Shown here in pieces: positions 50,143-59,507 of a stretch of 64,000 nucleotides of DNA (the stretch's first letter is position 1; the number at the start of each line of letters is the position of its first letter). The DNA is from a virus. Below the pieces are notes generated by a model that searched no databases, was not told the origin of the DNA, and was given only the letters and a program-made list of their open reading frames with translations. The position numbers and the translations under genes were made by a program. The DNA lies in the IMG/VR virus record IMGVR_UViG_3300008954_000002, positions 32,001 through 96,000 of that record; one strand, given 5' to 3'.

Positions 50143-50889
50143 GTGCTTACCCCTGCAACAGCAGGCAAGACGCTGTCAGAGGAGCGTTTAAGAGCCTTTG
50201 TGAAGTGTTCTGAGTACTACTATAGAGGGGGTGAGCATAGAGGCTCTTTTTTCTTAGAGGTTGCCAAGGCTACATATGAGCGCGTTGTGGTGACCTCCCT
50301 ACGTAAACCGCATAGCATAATCGACTATCATAAAATCTTACTAAAGGTGATGGCACTCAAGGGACAGGAAGAAGATTTGCTTGAACCACAAATCAACGCC
50401 TATCTCAACCAGTGCACCTTATACTTAAAAGATCTATTTGAAGTGCTGCCTATACAAAACTATATACCTATTTATGGTCCTATAGCACCAGTAGTGCGTG
50501 TTTCCAAAACGCCAATACAGCTCCAGATATCTGGTCTATTGCGCTCACAAACCACCCAGACACTGCATGCAATTGCCTTTGTGCCAGCTAGCAATGCTTA
50601 CGAGCACTGTATAGCTAACGATCCGGCCCTACATTTAAAGCTAAAGATACTTAAACCATTTGTTGCCAAGCACATGAGATCGGGTAGGCCACAAGTAAAA
50701 ATGCATGTTTTTGCGCATGATAAGAGGAACCAAATGGTATACGAGTGCTACGACTCTAATCAGACCAACCTAACCCTTCTTAAAAGAATAGAAGGAGTCA
50801 TTAAAACAATAGAAACAGGGCATCATTATCCTGTGCTACCCTGTCTATATAAATGCCCATACAAATCCAACTGCTACCCTAATGAATAA
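50143..50889 (+). CDS. Degenerate Cas4/PD-(D/E)XK-like protein
   Basis: N-terminal F.KC and C-terminal C..KCPY...C; catalytic acidic residues not evident. Confidence 0.4.
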   Translation: MLTPATAGKTLSEERLRAFVKCSEYYYRGGEHRGSFFLEVAKATYERVVVTSLRKPHSIIDYHKILLKVMALKGQEEDLLEPQINAYLNQCTLYLKDLFEVLPIQNYIPIYGPIAPVVRVSKTPIQLQISGLLRSQTTQTLHAIAFVPASNAYEHCIANDPALHLKLKILKPFVAKHMRSGRPQVKMHVFAHDKRNQMVYECYDSNQTNLTLLKRIEGVIKTIETGHHYPVLPCLYKCPYKSNCYPNE

Positions 50890-51120
50890 TGTCTAAAGCT
50901 TTTAGTACCAAATTTATCTTAGTCAATGATATCCAACAAGCGCTTGATCCCAATATATTCGGAGGAGGGCCTTGGATACATTTGGCAACCGTTGTGAGAG
51001 GATTCAAAGAGTATATCTGCTTTAAACATAGCAAGACAGATAAGATCTATATCGAACTAGTGGACCCTACTCACACAACACTCTTTAAACAAATAGATAG
51101 TCAAACAGAACTATACGACA

Positions 51121-51615
51121 TTGAAAAATTCTTACAAGAAGCAGGAGTACTTAAACTACTGCCTGGCAAGGAGTTTAAACTTGCAGGACAAAAGAAGTAA
51201 ATGGAAAACTCAATTTGATCTAACAGAATCTGCATCTCTATTCCATAATGAAGTAAGAGATATATTTGCTAACGACTTATTCTTTAAGCATTTACACTGC
51301 TTCCAAGAGGTCCCCGTATCTGGCATAGTAACCGGCTATCAGTATAACAACCACCATGTCGACTGGTATATTGATGAGCTAGGCACAGTACTAGAACTGC
51401 ATGGACGCCAACACTACAACATAACAAATTTTGGCAATAGCCCCTACCACAAAGCCAAATCTGATTTTCACCAAATGCAGCACAGAGACAACCTTAAAAA
51501 AACAGCCATTGAAGAGGCGGGGCTAGAGTATAGAGAGGTAAGCTATAAGCTCTCTGGCAAGCTAGATGGTAAAACACTAAAAGATATTATATTCAACAGG
51601 AGCTCTAATGGATAG
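51121..51615 (+). CDS. DUF559/Vsr-like endonuclease
   Basis: QEVP...VDWY....VLELHGRQH...RD..K. Confidence 0.65.
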   Translation: MKNSYKKQEYLNYCLARSLNLQDKRSKWKTQFDLTESASLFHNEVRDIFANDLFFKHLHCFQEVPVSGIVTGYQYNNHHVDWYIDELGTVLELHGRQHYNITNFGNSPYHKAKSDFHQMQHRDNLKKTAIEEAGLEYREVSYKLSGKLDGKTLKDIIFNRSSNG

Positions 51616-52243
51616 TATACATGATGTCCTCGCAGAACTTGCCCAAGAAGAGCCTATAGAAATATGGAATCCAAGAGATATACTCTACTATGGCCCTGTC
51701 AGACGCACACTTGCTCTAGTGGGGGAAATCAACCAAGAGAGTGCCACACCCCTAATGTCCCAGCTGCTGGAGCTTGAGCATAGGGGGGCGGGCGAACCCA
51801 TCCGCTTGTACATCAATACAGAGGGAGGCGCTCTAACAGACACCTTTGCAATCTATGACGTTATGCGCGGCATAACGTCGCCAATCATAACAATTGCTAC
51901 AGGCATATGTGCCTCTGCGGGGTTGCTGCTCCTTTCAGCGGGCGATCTCCGTCTAGCAACACCCAATACTCTCTTTTTCTATCACCAGCCTATAATGCCA
52001 GTAGATGGCTTTATATCTAGAGAGCAGGTAGACGATGCCAAGCTGTCCTACTATAGAATGCAAAATTCTTATGATGAGCTTCTTGTAAAGCGTTGCAAGA
52101 TCAAGAAACGTGTTTGGACTCAAGAATTTGAAGGTAAGATTGCTAAGAACTTTAACGCCCAAGAGGCCCTTGAATACGGCTTCGTACATACTCTAATGCC
52201 AGAAGCTAAAAAGAAGAAACTAACCTGGAGTGACAATGGCTAG
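51608..52243 (+). CDS. clpP: ClpP-like protease subunit
   Basis: IRLYINTEGG; AIYD.M; CASAG; YHQP; AQEALEYGFV. Confidence 0.85.
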   Translation: MDSIHDVLAELAQEEPIEIWNPRDILYYGPVRRTLALVGEINQESATPLMSQLLELEHRGAGEPIRLYINTEGGALTDTFAIYDVMRGITSPIITIATGICASAGLLLLSAGDLRLATPNTLFFYHQPIMPVDGFISREQVDDAKLSYYRMQNSYDELLVKRCKIKKRVWTQEFEGKIAKNFNAQEALEYGFVHTLMPEAKKKKLTWSDNG

Positions 52244-52607
52244 TCGTGGACGAGGTGCCAGAGCAAAGGGTGCCAACTTTGAAAGAGAGCTTGCTAAAAT
52301 AATACAAGCTGCTACTGGCTTAGACGCTAAGCGCGGCTTAGCTCAAACCCGTGGTGGTGGAGCTGAAGTTTCCGATGTAGAAGTGGACTACATACACATC
52401 GAGGCCAAAAGACACAAGCGCTGCAACATCAAAGCTGCCCTTAGGCAGGCTATAACAGATTCTACCGTAAGTGGTAAGATACCTGTAGTGATAACAAAAG
52501 ACGACAGAGAGCCAATACTGGTCACTATGCTAATGGAGGACTGGATAGAGTTTTTCAAAGCACGAATAGCGCAAGACGATGTACAAAATACTACCAACAG
52601 ATGTTAG
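52230..52607 (+). CDS. Holliday junction resolvase (Hjc-like PD-(D/E)XK)
   Basis: RAKGANFERELA...SD....IEAKR. Confidence 0.75.
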   Translation: MTMASRGRGARAKGANFERELAKIIQAATGLDAKRGLAQTRGGGAEVSDVEVDYIHIEAKRHKRCNIKAALRQAITDSTVSGKIPVVITKDDREPILVTMLMEDWIEFFKARIAQDDVQNTTNRC

Positions 52608-53268
52608 GCCGATGCCACTAGTGGTGACTAGTGAGGAATATGCTCAGGAGTTTAAGCTAGCAGTCGCCTCCGCCGACTCAGACATCACAAAGCTATTAGA
52701 GGTTTCACAACCCTATTTAGATCAGTGGGAGCAACAACTCACGCATGTTGATACAGAAAAAGAACTAAACTATATTATCTTGTGCAGACTACTTTCCCCT
52801 AAAGAACCAGAAAAGGCGTTAGAGATGATAGCCGCATGGGTCAAGTGGGCAGAGACCTCATCTTCTGTTAAAGAAGAACTACAATACCTCTTCTTGCAAA
52901 GAATAAGAAGGTTTAAATATAGCCCTACCCTTGCCAGACCTGTCACGATAGAGTATGTAATAGCTAGGGATTTTAAATATGGTCTTCACCACTTCATTTC
53001 ATACGCATATGCCAAACGACAAAGAGATGCTCTAGACAGAGCTGAAAGCACAGATACTATTGAGCTTTCCTACGTACCAACTATTCCAGACTACTTATTA
53101 ATGAACAACATGAAGTTAAACAGATGGCAGTCCTATCTGTTCCAACTTATGCTAGATAGAGATACTTCTACTAGCAGAGCTAAACTATCTCACTATAAGA
53201 GAAGCAATCTCTTTCATGAGGAAAAGAAAATATGGCAATTACTAAACAAGAAGCTATCCGACAGCTAG
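52579..53268 (+). CDS. Hypothetical protein, possible C-terminal sigma region 4-like HTH
   Basis: Weak resemblance only: L.RWQ..L..L....T...A..S..KR......KKI. Confidence 0.3.
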   Translation: MYKILPTDVRPMPLVVTSEEYAQEFKLAVASADSDITKLLEVSQPYLDQWEQQLTHVDTEKELNYIILCRLLSPKEPEKALEMIAAWVKWAETSSSVKEELQYLFLQRIRRFKYSPTLARPVTIEYVIARDFKYGLHHFISYAYAKRQRDALDRAESTDTIELSYVPTIPDYLLMNNMKLNRWQSYLFQLMLDRDTSTSRAKLSHYKRSNLFHEEKKIWQLLNKKLSDS

Positions 53269-53903
53269 ACCGTCCGGGTACGCTTACCCATCAGGAAGCA
53301 CTAGTTAGAAAGATAACTGACGCAGATACAAGAACCAAAATAATCAAGCGTCCTATCCCTGGCGGAAAGACTATGGCCTCACAGCTATCTGAGTCTAAGC
53401 TTCCAGGCGCTGTCTACAATTGGCTCAGGGGATGCCGCCATTTTACAGAAGCTACAATATCCCTTACCTCTGATATCTCTGCTCATGAGACTCGTGAGCA
53501 TACTGCTGTAGACTTTGACGCTAGTAGCAAACATCCAGAATGGGATCTAAGAGGCAAGCGTTGGCTTGCAGATCGTGTTGCTGAAACACTTGCCACTGAC
53601 AATCTCTTAGCAGTGCATATTAAACGCGAAGGAATAACTGCAGTAGTAGATACTGATGGAACATTCTCTCCAGAGGCAGAGAGCTGGGAACCCTATATTC
53701 AGTTCACAGTATTTAAGCCACCCGTCTTCTAGGCAGCCAAATGACCAAAGAAGAAAGACTACAAGCCAGAATTGATATCCTATCGCAAGAAAATATAGAG
53801 CTTCAGAAAGAGCTCTATGTGCTCAAGACACAATATGAAGAGCTACTTAAAACAAGTCGGTCCTCACAGCCAGATGGAACTAAGCTAGTATTTAGAGATT
53901 AGT

Positions 53904-54839
53904 ATGGCAAAAACAACTATTAAAGGATCAGCAATCTTTGACGACACCGTTACTGGTGATGACGTTAATGAAGACACTCTCATATTGTCCTTTATAAGAG
54001 ATGTTGATGGCGATACGAAGATACAATGTGAAGAAGCTGCTGATGAAGATACTATAAGATTCGACACAGCAGGCTCTGAAAGAGCAGTGATAACAAGTGC
54101 AGGTAGCGTTGGAATTGGGAGCGCATCTCCCGATAGAAAGCTAGACATATTAGATGCTACAGCCCCACAGCTAAGGCTTACCCACACAGACAACACCAAT
54201 TACGTAGACCTATTGTCAACAGATAATGGCGACTTTGAGATTACAGGCTCAGCTACTAACCCCAACTATAAATTCGTTGGCACTAACGGAAACGTAGCTC
54301 TGCTTGTGCAGTCTGATGCAACTGAGGGTGACGCTCAGCTGGGCTTCAGTGTAGACGCAGGCGCTACACTGGCTTTCTCTATCGGCGTAGACGATAGCGA
54401 TAGCGACAAGTTCAAGATTGGCAGCAGCCTTATAGATGTAGATACATCTGTAACTATAGACTCTTCACAAAATGTAGGCATTGGCACAACAGTTCCCCGC
54501 TCAAGACTAAGCCTTAAGGGTTCTTTTTCAAGAGTACTTAGATCTACAAATAGCAATACTACACTTACAATAAGTGACTCAACAGTTCTTATTGATGCTA
54601 GTGGAGGAAATGTAACTGTTACACTCCCCTCTGCCTCCGGTATTACAGGGCGTATGTACACAGTAAAAAGAACTGACACCACTGGAAGCTATACTGCAAC
54701 CCTAGCAGTCGCAACAGGAGACGCTTTAGAAGGCGTTACCAACGACACAGCTAGCATTGCCCAAGGGCAAGCCCTCACTGTGCAGTGCACGGGAAGTGGC
54801 TGGGTTATAACAGCAGAATATATAGCGCCCCTACCGTAG
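53904..54839 (+). CDS. Tail fibre-like protein
   Basis: Repeated VGIG..P..KL motifs; DTIRFDTAGSER; VTVTLPSA..GR.YTVK. Confidence 0.7.
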   Translation: MAKTTIKGSAIFDDTVTGDDVNEDTLILSFIRDVDGDTKIQCEEAADEDTIRFDTAGSERAVITSAGSVGIGSASPDRKLDILDATAPQLRLTHTDNTNYVDLLSTDNGDFEITGSATNPNYKFVGTNGNVALLVQSDATEGDAQLGFSVDAGATLAFSIGVDDSDSDKFKIGSSLIDVDTSVTIDSSQNVGIGTTVPRSRLSLKGSFSRVLRSTNSNTTLTISDSTVLIDASGGNVTVTLPSASGITGRMYTVKRTDTTGSYTATLAVATGDALEGVTNDTASIAQGQALTVQCTGSGWVITAEYIAPLP

Positions 54840-54852
54840 AGAGAGTAAATTT

Positions 54853-55413
54853 ATGCGAGTCTTAGTCGCTTGTGAATACAGTGGCACTGTTAGAGAAGCG
54901 TTTGCTAGAGAAGGCCACGACGCCATGTCTTGTGACCTCCTGCCAACAGAGATAGTTGGCAATCACTACCAAGGCTGTATATCAGATATACTTGATAACA
55001 AATGGGACATGCTGATTGCTTTTCCCCCATGTACACACCTTGCAAGTAGTGGGGCGCGGTGGTTTCCTGCGAAAAGAGCAGACGGAAGACAGCAAGCTGG
55101 TATTGACTTCTTCCTTTCCTTGGCTAATGCAAACATTCCACGCATTGCTATTGAAAACCCTATTGGTATTATGTCCACTCATTATCGAAAGCCAGATCAA
55201 ATTATCCAGCCTTGGCAATTTGGACATGGCGAGACAAAGGCCACCTGCCTCTGGCTTAAGGAGCTGCCACTACTTGTGCCTACCCAAATCGTTGAGGGAC
55301 GTGAACAACGCATCTGGAGGCTACCTCCTAGCAAGGATAGGTGGAAAATTAGAAGCAGAACTTTTCAAGGCATTGCTAATGCTATGGCGCAACAGTGGGG
55401 TAGCCACTTGTAG
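54853..55413 (+). CDS. Phage-type DNA cytosine methyltransferase
   Basis: VLVACEYSG; AFPPCT; IENP; QPWQFG; RSRTF.GIA.AMA.QW. Confidence 0.85.
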   Translation: MRVLVACEYSGTVREAFAREGHDAMSCDLLPTEIVGNHYQGCISDILDNKWDMLIAFPPCTHLASSGARWFPAKRADGRQQAGIDFFLSLANANIPRIAIENPIGIMSTHYRKPDQIIQPWQFGHGETKATCLWLKELPLLVPTQIVEGREQRIWRLPPSKDRWKIRSRTFQGIANAMAQQWGSHL

Positions 55414-55421
55414 TACCCCTT

Positions 55422-55506
55422 GGAGGCATGACCGAGTGGCCGATGGTGGTGACCTGCTAAGTCACTGTAGCGAAAGCTACCGTAGGTTCGAATCCTACTG
55501 CCTCCG
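55422..55506 (+). tRNA. tRNA-Ser(GCU)
   Basis: Acceptor GGAGGCA/TGCCTCC; anticodon stem GTGAC/GTCAC with loop CT-GCT-AA; long variable arm GTAGC-GAAA-GCTAC; GGTTCGAATCC; G discriminator; no encoded CCA. Confidence 0.95.
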
Positions 55507-55525
55507 CCCCCATTCCTACTCTATG

Positions 55526-55556
55526 AAACAGGCTAGCAATGCTAGCCTGTTTTTTT
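55526..55556 (+). terminator. Intrinsic terminator at the strand switch
   Basis: AAACAGGCTAGC-AAT-GCTAGCCTGTTT plus T-run. Confidence 0.85.
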
Positions 55557-56043
55557 ACTTAAGAAGCTACCTAATCCCCACCATGGGTCTTCCATAGGTC
55601 TATTGCCTCTTCATACTCGGGTACAAGCTCTTCCTCAAGCACTTCTTCAAGACAGCCAATACCAGCTTGCCGATAGTCACAGTACTCACACTGTTGTGGA
55701 TCCTGCATAGCGAGACCACAAAGAGGACAGTACTCAATCCCTTCTAAAAGATCATCTTTCTTCTTGCCATTGATAGGATACTTCATAAACTTCATTATAC
55801 TTCCCCTACTTTAAGTAAGAGGCTCTTCCTCAATCGCAGTTACACGCGCAGTGAGAGAAGTAAGAGTATTCTTTATGTCTTGCAAGTCTGTTTGCAAAAC
55901 TACTAGTAACTCTTGTACTTGATCAATAGTAGCAAGCCTATCAATAGCTACAACAATATTATTGTGATTCTCTTCTAAGGCAGTTAGCCGTGAAAGAATA
56001 CTTGTATACTTGGTCTCGTTAAATGTGAAAGCCATACGTACTC

Positions 56044-56424
56044 CTAAGCAAAAACGAACTCTACCATCTTAGCAAGTGCAGCTACTATACCGCCACCAAG
56101 GCCACCGTAGAGCACCTTCTCGGCTAGAGATATTCTAACAGAGACTATATCTTTCTCCAACTCCTCTATCTTATCGTCTAGCTTAGTTACCTGAGTGTTA
56201 ATAGTTGACATTGCTTGAGAGTCTAACGACTGCTTCTCTTTAACATCACTTTGCTTTTCAATAAGCTCATCAATCTTGTTGATAAGACGATTAAGTGATT
56301 CTTCAAACTTCTTCTCTAATGCTTCAAGCCTAAACGCCATGACGGCAAGCTCAGCCATAAGCTTAGCCAAGTCTGCAGACTGATTCGGATCGTTATTCTG
56401 AGGCATCTTGATCTGTACATCCAA
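56044..56424 (-). CDS. Coiled-coil protein with C-terminal TM segment
   Basis: Heptad repeats followed by hydrophobic GGLGGGIVAAL. Confidence 0.45.
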   Translation of the reverse strand: MDVQIKMPQNNDPNQSADLAKLMAELAVMAFRLEALEKKFEESLNRLINKIDELIEKQSDVKEKQSLDSQAMSTINTQVTKLDDKIEELEKDIVSVRISLAEKVLYGGLGGGIVAALAKMVEFVFA

Positions 56425-56863
56425 TGAGTTGATTTAGCTTATTAATTAAACCATTAACCTGGTCATCATAAGAAGCAGCTTTTACTGCAAAGGTCTCTAA
56501 AGCGACTTGACGCTTATGAATAATTGTCTCTACTGCATCAATAGCAATAGCAGGTATAGCCTTGTCATCAATATACATATCAGCAGCGGGCTTACCAAAA
56601 CAGATCTCATCATATTCAAAGCCCCACTCATCTAACTGATCTAAGGTAAGCTTACCAATTCTTGCTAAGGCTTCATTTACATTGCCAGCAGTGCGACCCA
56701 TTCCGCGAGCAGTATATATAATTACTACATGCCCCTCCTCTCTTAAGGATATAAGCAGCTCACGAGCCTTATCAAAGGGAGTAGCATCCTCATAAGGATG
56801 TCCTGTGCAAAGAGTATTATCTAAATCAAAACAAATACGCATTAGCTCATCTCTCCGTACCAC
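56393..56863 (-). CDS. HAD-superfamily phosphatase
   Basis: FDLDNTL; IYTAR; GKP.AD.YIDDK. Confidence 0.88.
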   Translation of the reverse strand: MVRRDELMRICFDLDNTLCTGHPYEDATPFDKARELLISLREEGHVVIIYTARGMGRTAGNVNEALARIGKLTLDQLDEWGFEYDEICFGKPAADMYIDDKAIPAIAIDAVETIIHKRQVALETFAVKAASYDDQVNGLINKLNQLIGCTDQDASE

Positions 56864-57354
56864 TTACTGTTCTGATCCTGAATATCAATAGAATTAAGTT
56901 CATAGCGTATACGATTGCTTAATTTACTAAGACTTCCTTTGGGATCTCTTACTATAGATTCATAACTTATAGCAGTGTAATTATAGCCCAAACTATATAA
57001 TTCGCTATATATTAAGTTGTATGCTCTCTTAATATTAGCATAGGCTTCATCCATATCTAGAACATGCTTATGGCTTACTTGTGAACAAGCAGTAGGGTAC
57101 CAATCTCTGTTGATAACTACAAAAGCAGGACTATACCCTTGATCTAAAATGCCTGTTGTCCAAGAATATACAGAAGGCCAGCTCTTAGCATGGGGAACAC
57201 TTCTTCGCCAAACTATGAATCGTCCTTGTAGGGGAGCATTATCCCACAGCTGAGTATGAGTAGCTTGCCCATCACATCCTGAAGCAATAAAGATCTGTGT
57301 CATCATCTTGGTACCAGACGACTCTGCTCCTATTATTAGAAAAGCTCTCTTCAC
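56842..57354 (-). CDS. Sulfotransferase-like P-loop protein
   Basis: IIGAESSGTK; RD.......S; ISYE..V.DP. Confidence 0.65.
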   Translation of the reverse strand: MKRAFLIIGAESSGTKMMTQIFIASGCDGQATHTQLWDNAPLQGRFIVWRRSVPHAKSWPSVYSWTTGILDQGYSPAFVVINRDWYPTACSQVSHKHVLDMDEAYANIKRAYNLIYSELYSLGYNYTAISYESIVRDPKGSLSKLSNRIRYELNSIDIQDQNSKWYGEMS

Positions 57355-57395
57355 AGCTAAAAGATCCTTATGCGTTCTATCTAGTTCAAATTAAT

Positions 57396-59507
57396 CTATT
57401 TGTAGTTCATAGCCGCAAGCAATTTGTCTGCTGCATCAGCATAAGTCTCATTCTCTCGCACCCAATTGGCACAAGAAAGACCCCTATCTATAAGCTCATT
57501 TTTATTATCAGCAATAGATACTAAAACATCTACTAAGCTCTCTTGACTAGGCGAGGCCCATTGTCCAAAGTCTGATGAACCATAGTTATCTTCAATCAAG
57601 AGCTTATCATAAGGGGGATCATATATAGCGTCAACAAGATCATAATCTATACTATAGTTATAACTAGCATTCATTATAGGCTCCAGCCCAGCGAACCCAG
57701 CAGCTATCACAGGAATGCCTGTGCTCATTGCCTCTCTTGGGGGAAGTCCAAACCCCTCTCCTTTGGAGGGAAATAGTAAGCAATCAACACTATGCAAAAG
57801 CTCTACAAGCTGCTGCTGTAGAAACCGCCCACTTATAATCTTTACATTAGAAGCTTCAAGCACATACTTGGGAACATCACCGTGAGTAACCTTTAGCCAT
57901 AGCTCAACATCTTTGCGATCACCAAACGCCTCTTTGAAAGCATTGAACGCCATAGCATAATTCTTTCTACTAAAAGCCCATTCTACATTTGCAAAAAGAA
58001 GCAACCTTAACGGCCTGTTTGATTGCTCTCTCTTCTTATAGGGCCATAAAAGAGGATCTACTCCAAGTGGAACAACAACTATAGGAATGGATACTCCAGT
58101 ATCTTTAAATGCTAATGCAATTGTATTGCATGATACAAATAACTTATCAAACTCATTAACATGCTCAACCCAACTTAGAGGCACCCGAGTACTTTCAAAA
58201 GTTGTGTATATGTATCTACTGTCTGCTTTACTTGCTAAGGGGTAGAGTGAAGAGCCCAAACCTAGCGGAGCATAATAGCCAAGGTATATGTTGCCACTTC
58301 CCTTCCTTGTGACAAGAGCTTTTGTTTTTGAATGAGCAAATTGTTCCCAGTCGTGTGTAGTATTGCAAGAAGCATACCTTAATCCGTCTATATTGTCAGA
58401 CAAAGCTAATGCCATTTGCTCTGCAGAAGAACCGTACCCATCACAGGGATTTAAAACTGACTCAAATACAAAGGGTATGCGTACGCTATGTATTAATCGC
58501 CCTACAGCAGAAACAACCTCAGAAACATCTATCTCTTTCATACACTTGGTGTCATATGGACAAGGCTCATACCAGCAACCAAGACACTTTAAGTTAGATG
58601 CAGCAATTGCATGGTGTGTCGGATAATAGCTTAACCGCGCACCAGGAGGAATAGCTCCAAAAAGCACTACAGATTCTTTTTTCAGTGCACCTGCAAGATG
58701 CATTAGAGCCGAGTCAGGCCCTACAAAAACATCACTCTCGTTTATAAGCGCCGCCGCTTCCCTAATTCCTGCCCGCCCTATATTAACTATAGAGCTTGCC
58801 GGTATAGCTGCCCACTCCTTTTCTCCAAAGACACTATTGAAATCAGATACAACAACAAGTACATCTGGATATTGCTGATATAGCTGCTGAAGAAACTCTC
58901 TTTGACTGTCTACATGCCAGCTACGCTTTGAATCATTAGAAGCTGTATGTAAAAAAACAATAGGAGAAGATCGCTTAGGCCTGTGCCGCCTTATCAAGGC
59001 CCTTGCCCAAGCCTGTTCTTCGGGCTCAACCTTATAGAAGGGAAGTGGATTGCTTAGCTTTTGAAATCCAAGATAATTAGCAAAAATATCAATACGCTCT
59101 CTACTGGGCAGCTCTTTCCGCTCATAAGGGATACAAACAGAAGACAAGTCATAATAGAGATCATAATTAGATTCGACCACTTTGGTAGCGCAAATAATAC
59201 TATCTATAAATGGTACATTTTTAACTAAATTCCAATATATATCATTATCTGTGGAATATCTATCTACAGAAAAGGTTAGGTGCACATTAGGATGCCTATG
59301 TTTTATCTCCCTCAAAGTAGGCAACAGCATAATATTATCACCGAGACCGCCTCCGCGATGAATACAGATATGCTGAGCTTCATTAACTTTAAGCGAGGGT
59401 ATTAGACTGCCACCAATCCCTCGTCTAGAGCGCACCCTTACATCTCTCTTTTTATTAACTACTCGACTCTTAGTTAAGGATAGTTTATTGGCTTTGCGAT
59501 GTCTCAT
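57396..59507 (-). CDS. GT9 (heptosyltransferase-like) plus GT4 glycosyltransferase fusion
   Basis: RGGGLGD.IM..P; KRSW; GPDSALMHLAGA..LFG (GT9); RKN; PSKGEGFGLPPREAM.TG.PVI (GT4). Confidence 0.88.
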   Translation of the reverse strand: MRHRKANKLSLTKSRVVNKKRDVRVRSRRGIGGSLIPSLKVNEAQHICIHRGGGLGDNIMLLPTLREIKHRHPNVHLTFSVDRYSTDNDIYWNLVKNVPFIDSIICATKVVESNYDLYYDLSSVCIPYERKELPSRERIDIFANYLGFQKLSNPLPFYKVEPEEQAWARALIRRHRPKRSSPIVFLHTASNDSKRSWHVDSQREFLQQLYQQYPDVLVVVSDFNSVFGEKEWAAIPASSIVNIGRAGIREAAALINESDVFVGPDSALMHLAGALKKESVVLFGAIPPGARLSYYPTHHAIAASNLKCLGCWYEPCPYDTKCMKEIDVSEVVSAVGRLIHSVRIPFVFESVLNPCDGYGSSAEQMALALSDNIDGLRYASCNTTHDWEQFAHSKTKALVTRKGSGNIYLGYYAPLGLGSSLYPLASKADSRYIYTTFESTRVPLSWVEHVNEFDKLFVSCNTIALAFKDTGVSIPIVVVPLGVDPLLWPYKKREQSNRPLRLLLFANVEWAFSRKNYAMAFNAFKEAFGDRKDVELWLKVTHGDVPKYVLEASNVKIISGRFLQQQLVELLHSVDCLLFPSKGEGFGLPPREAMSTGIPVIAAGFAGLEPIMNASYNYSIDYDLVDAIYDPPYDKLLIEDNYGSSDFGQWASPSQESLVDVLVSIADNKNELIDRGLSCANWVRENETYADAADKLLAAMNYK

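Noticed and set aside
55016-55597. 193-aa alternative-frame ORF
   Set aside because: It overlaps the methyltransferase, tRNA-Ser and a terminator, and has no motifs.
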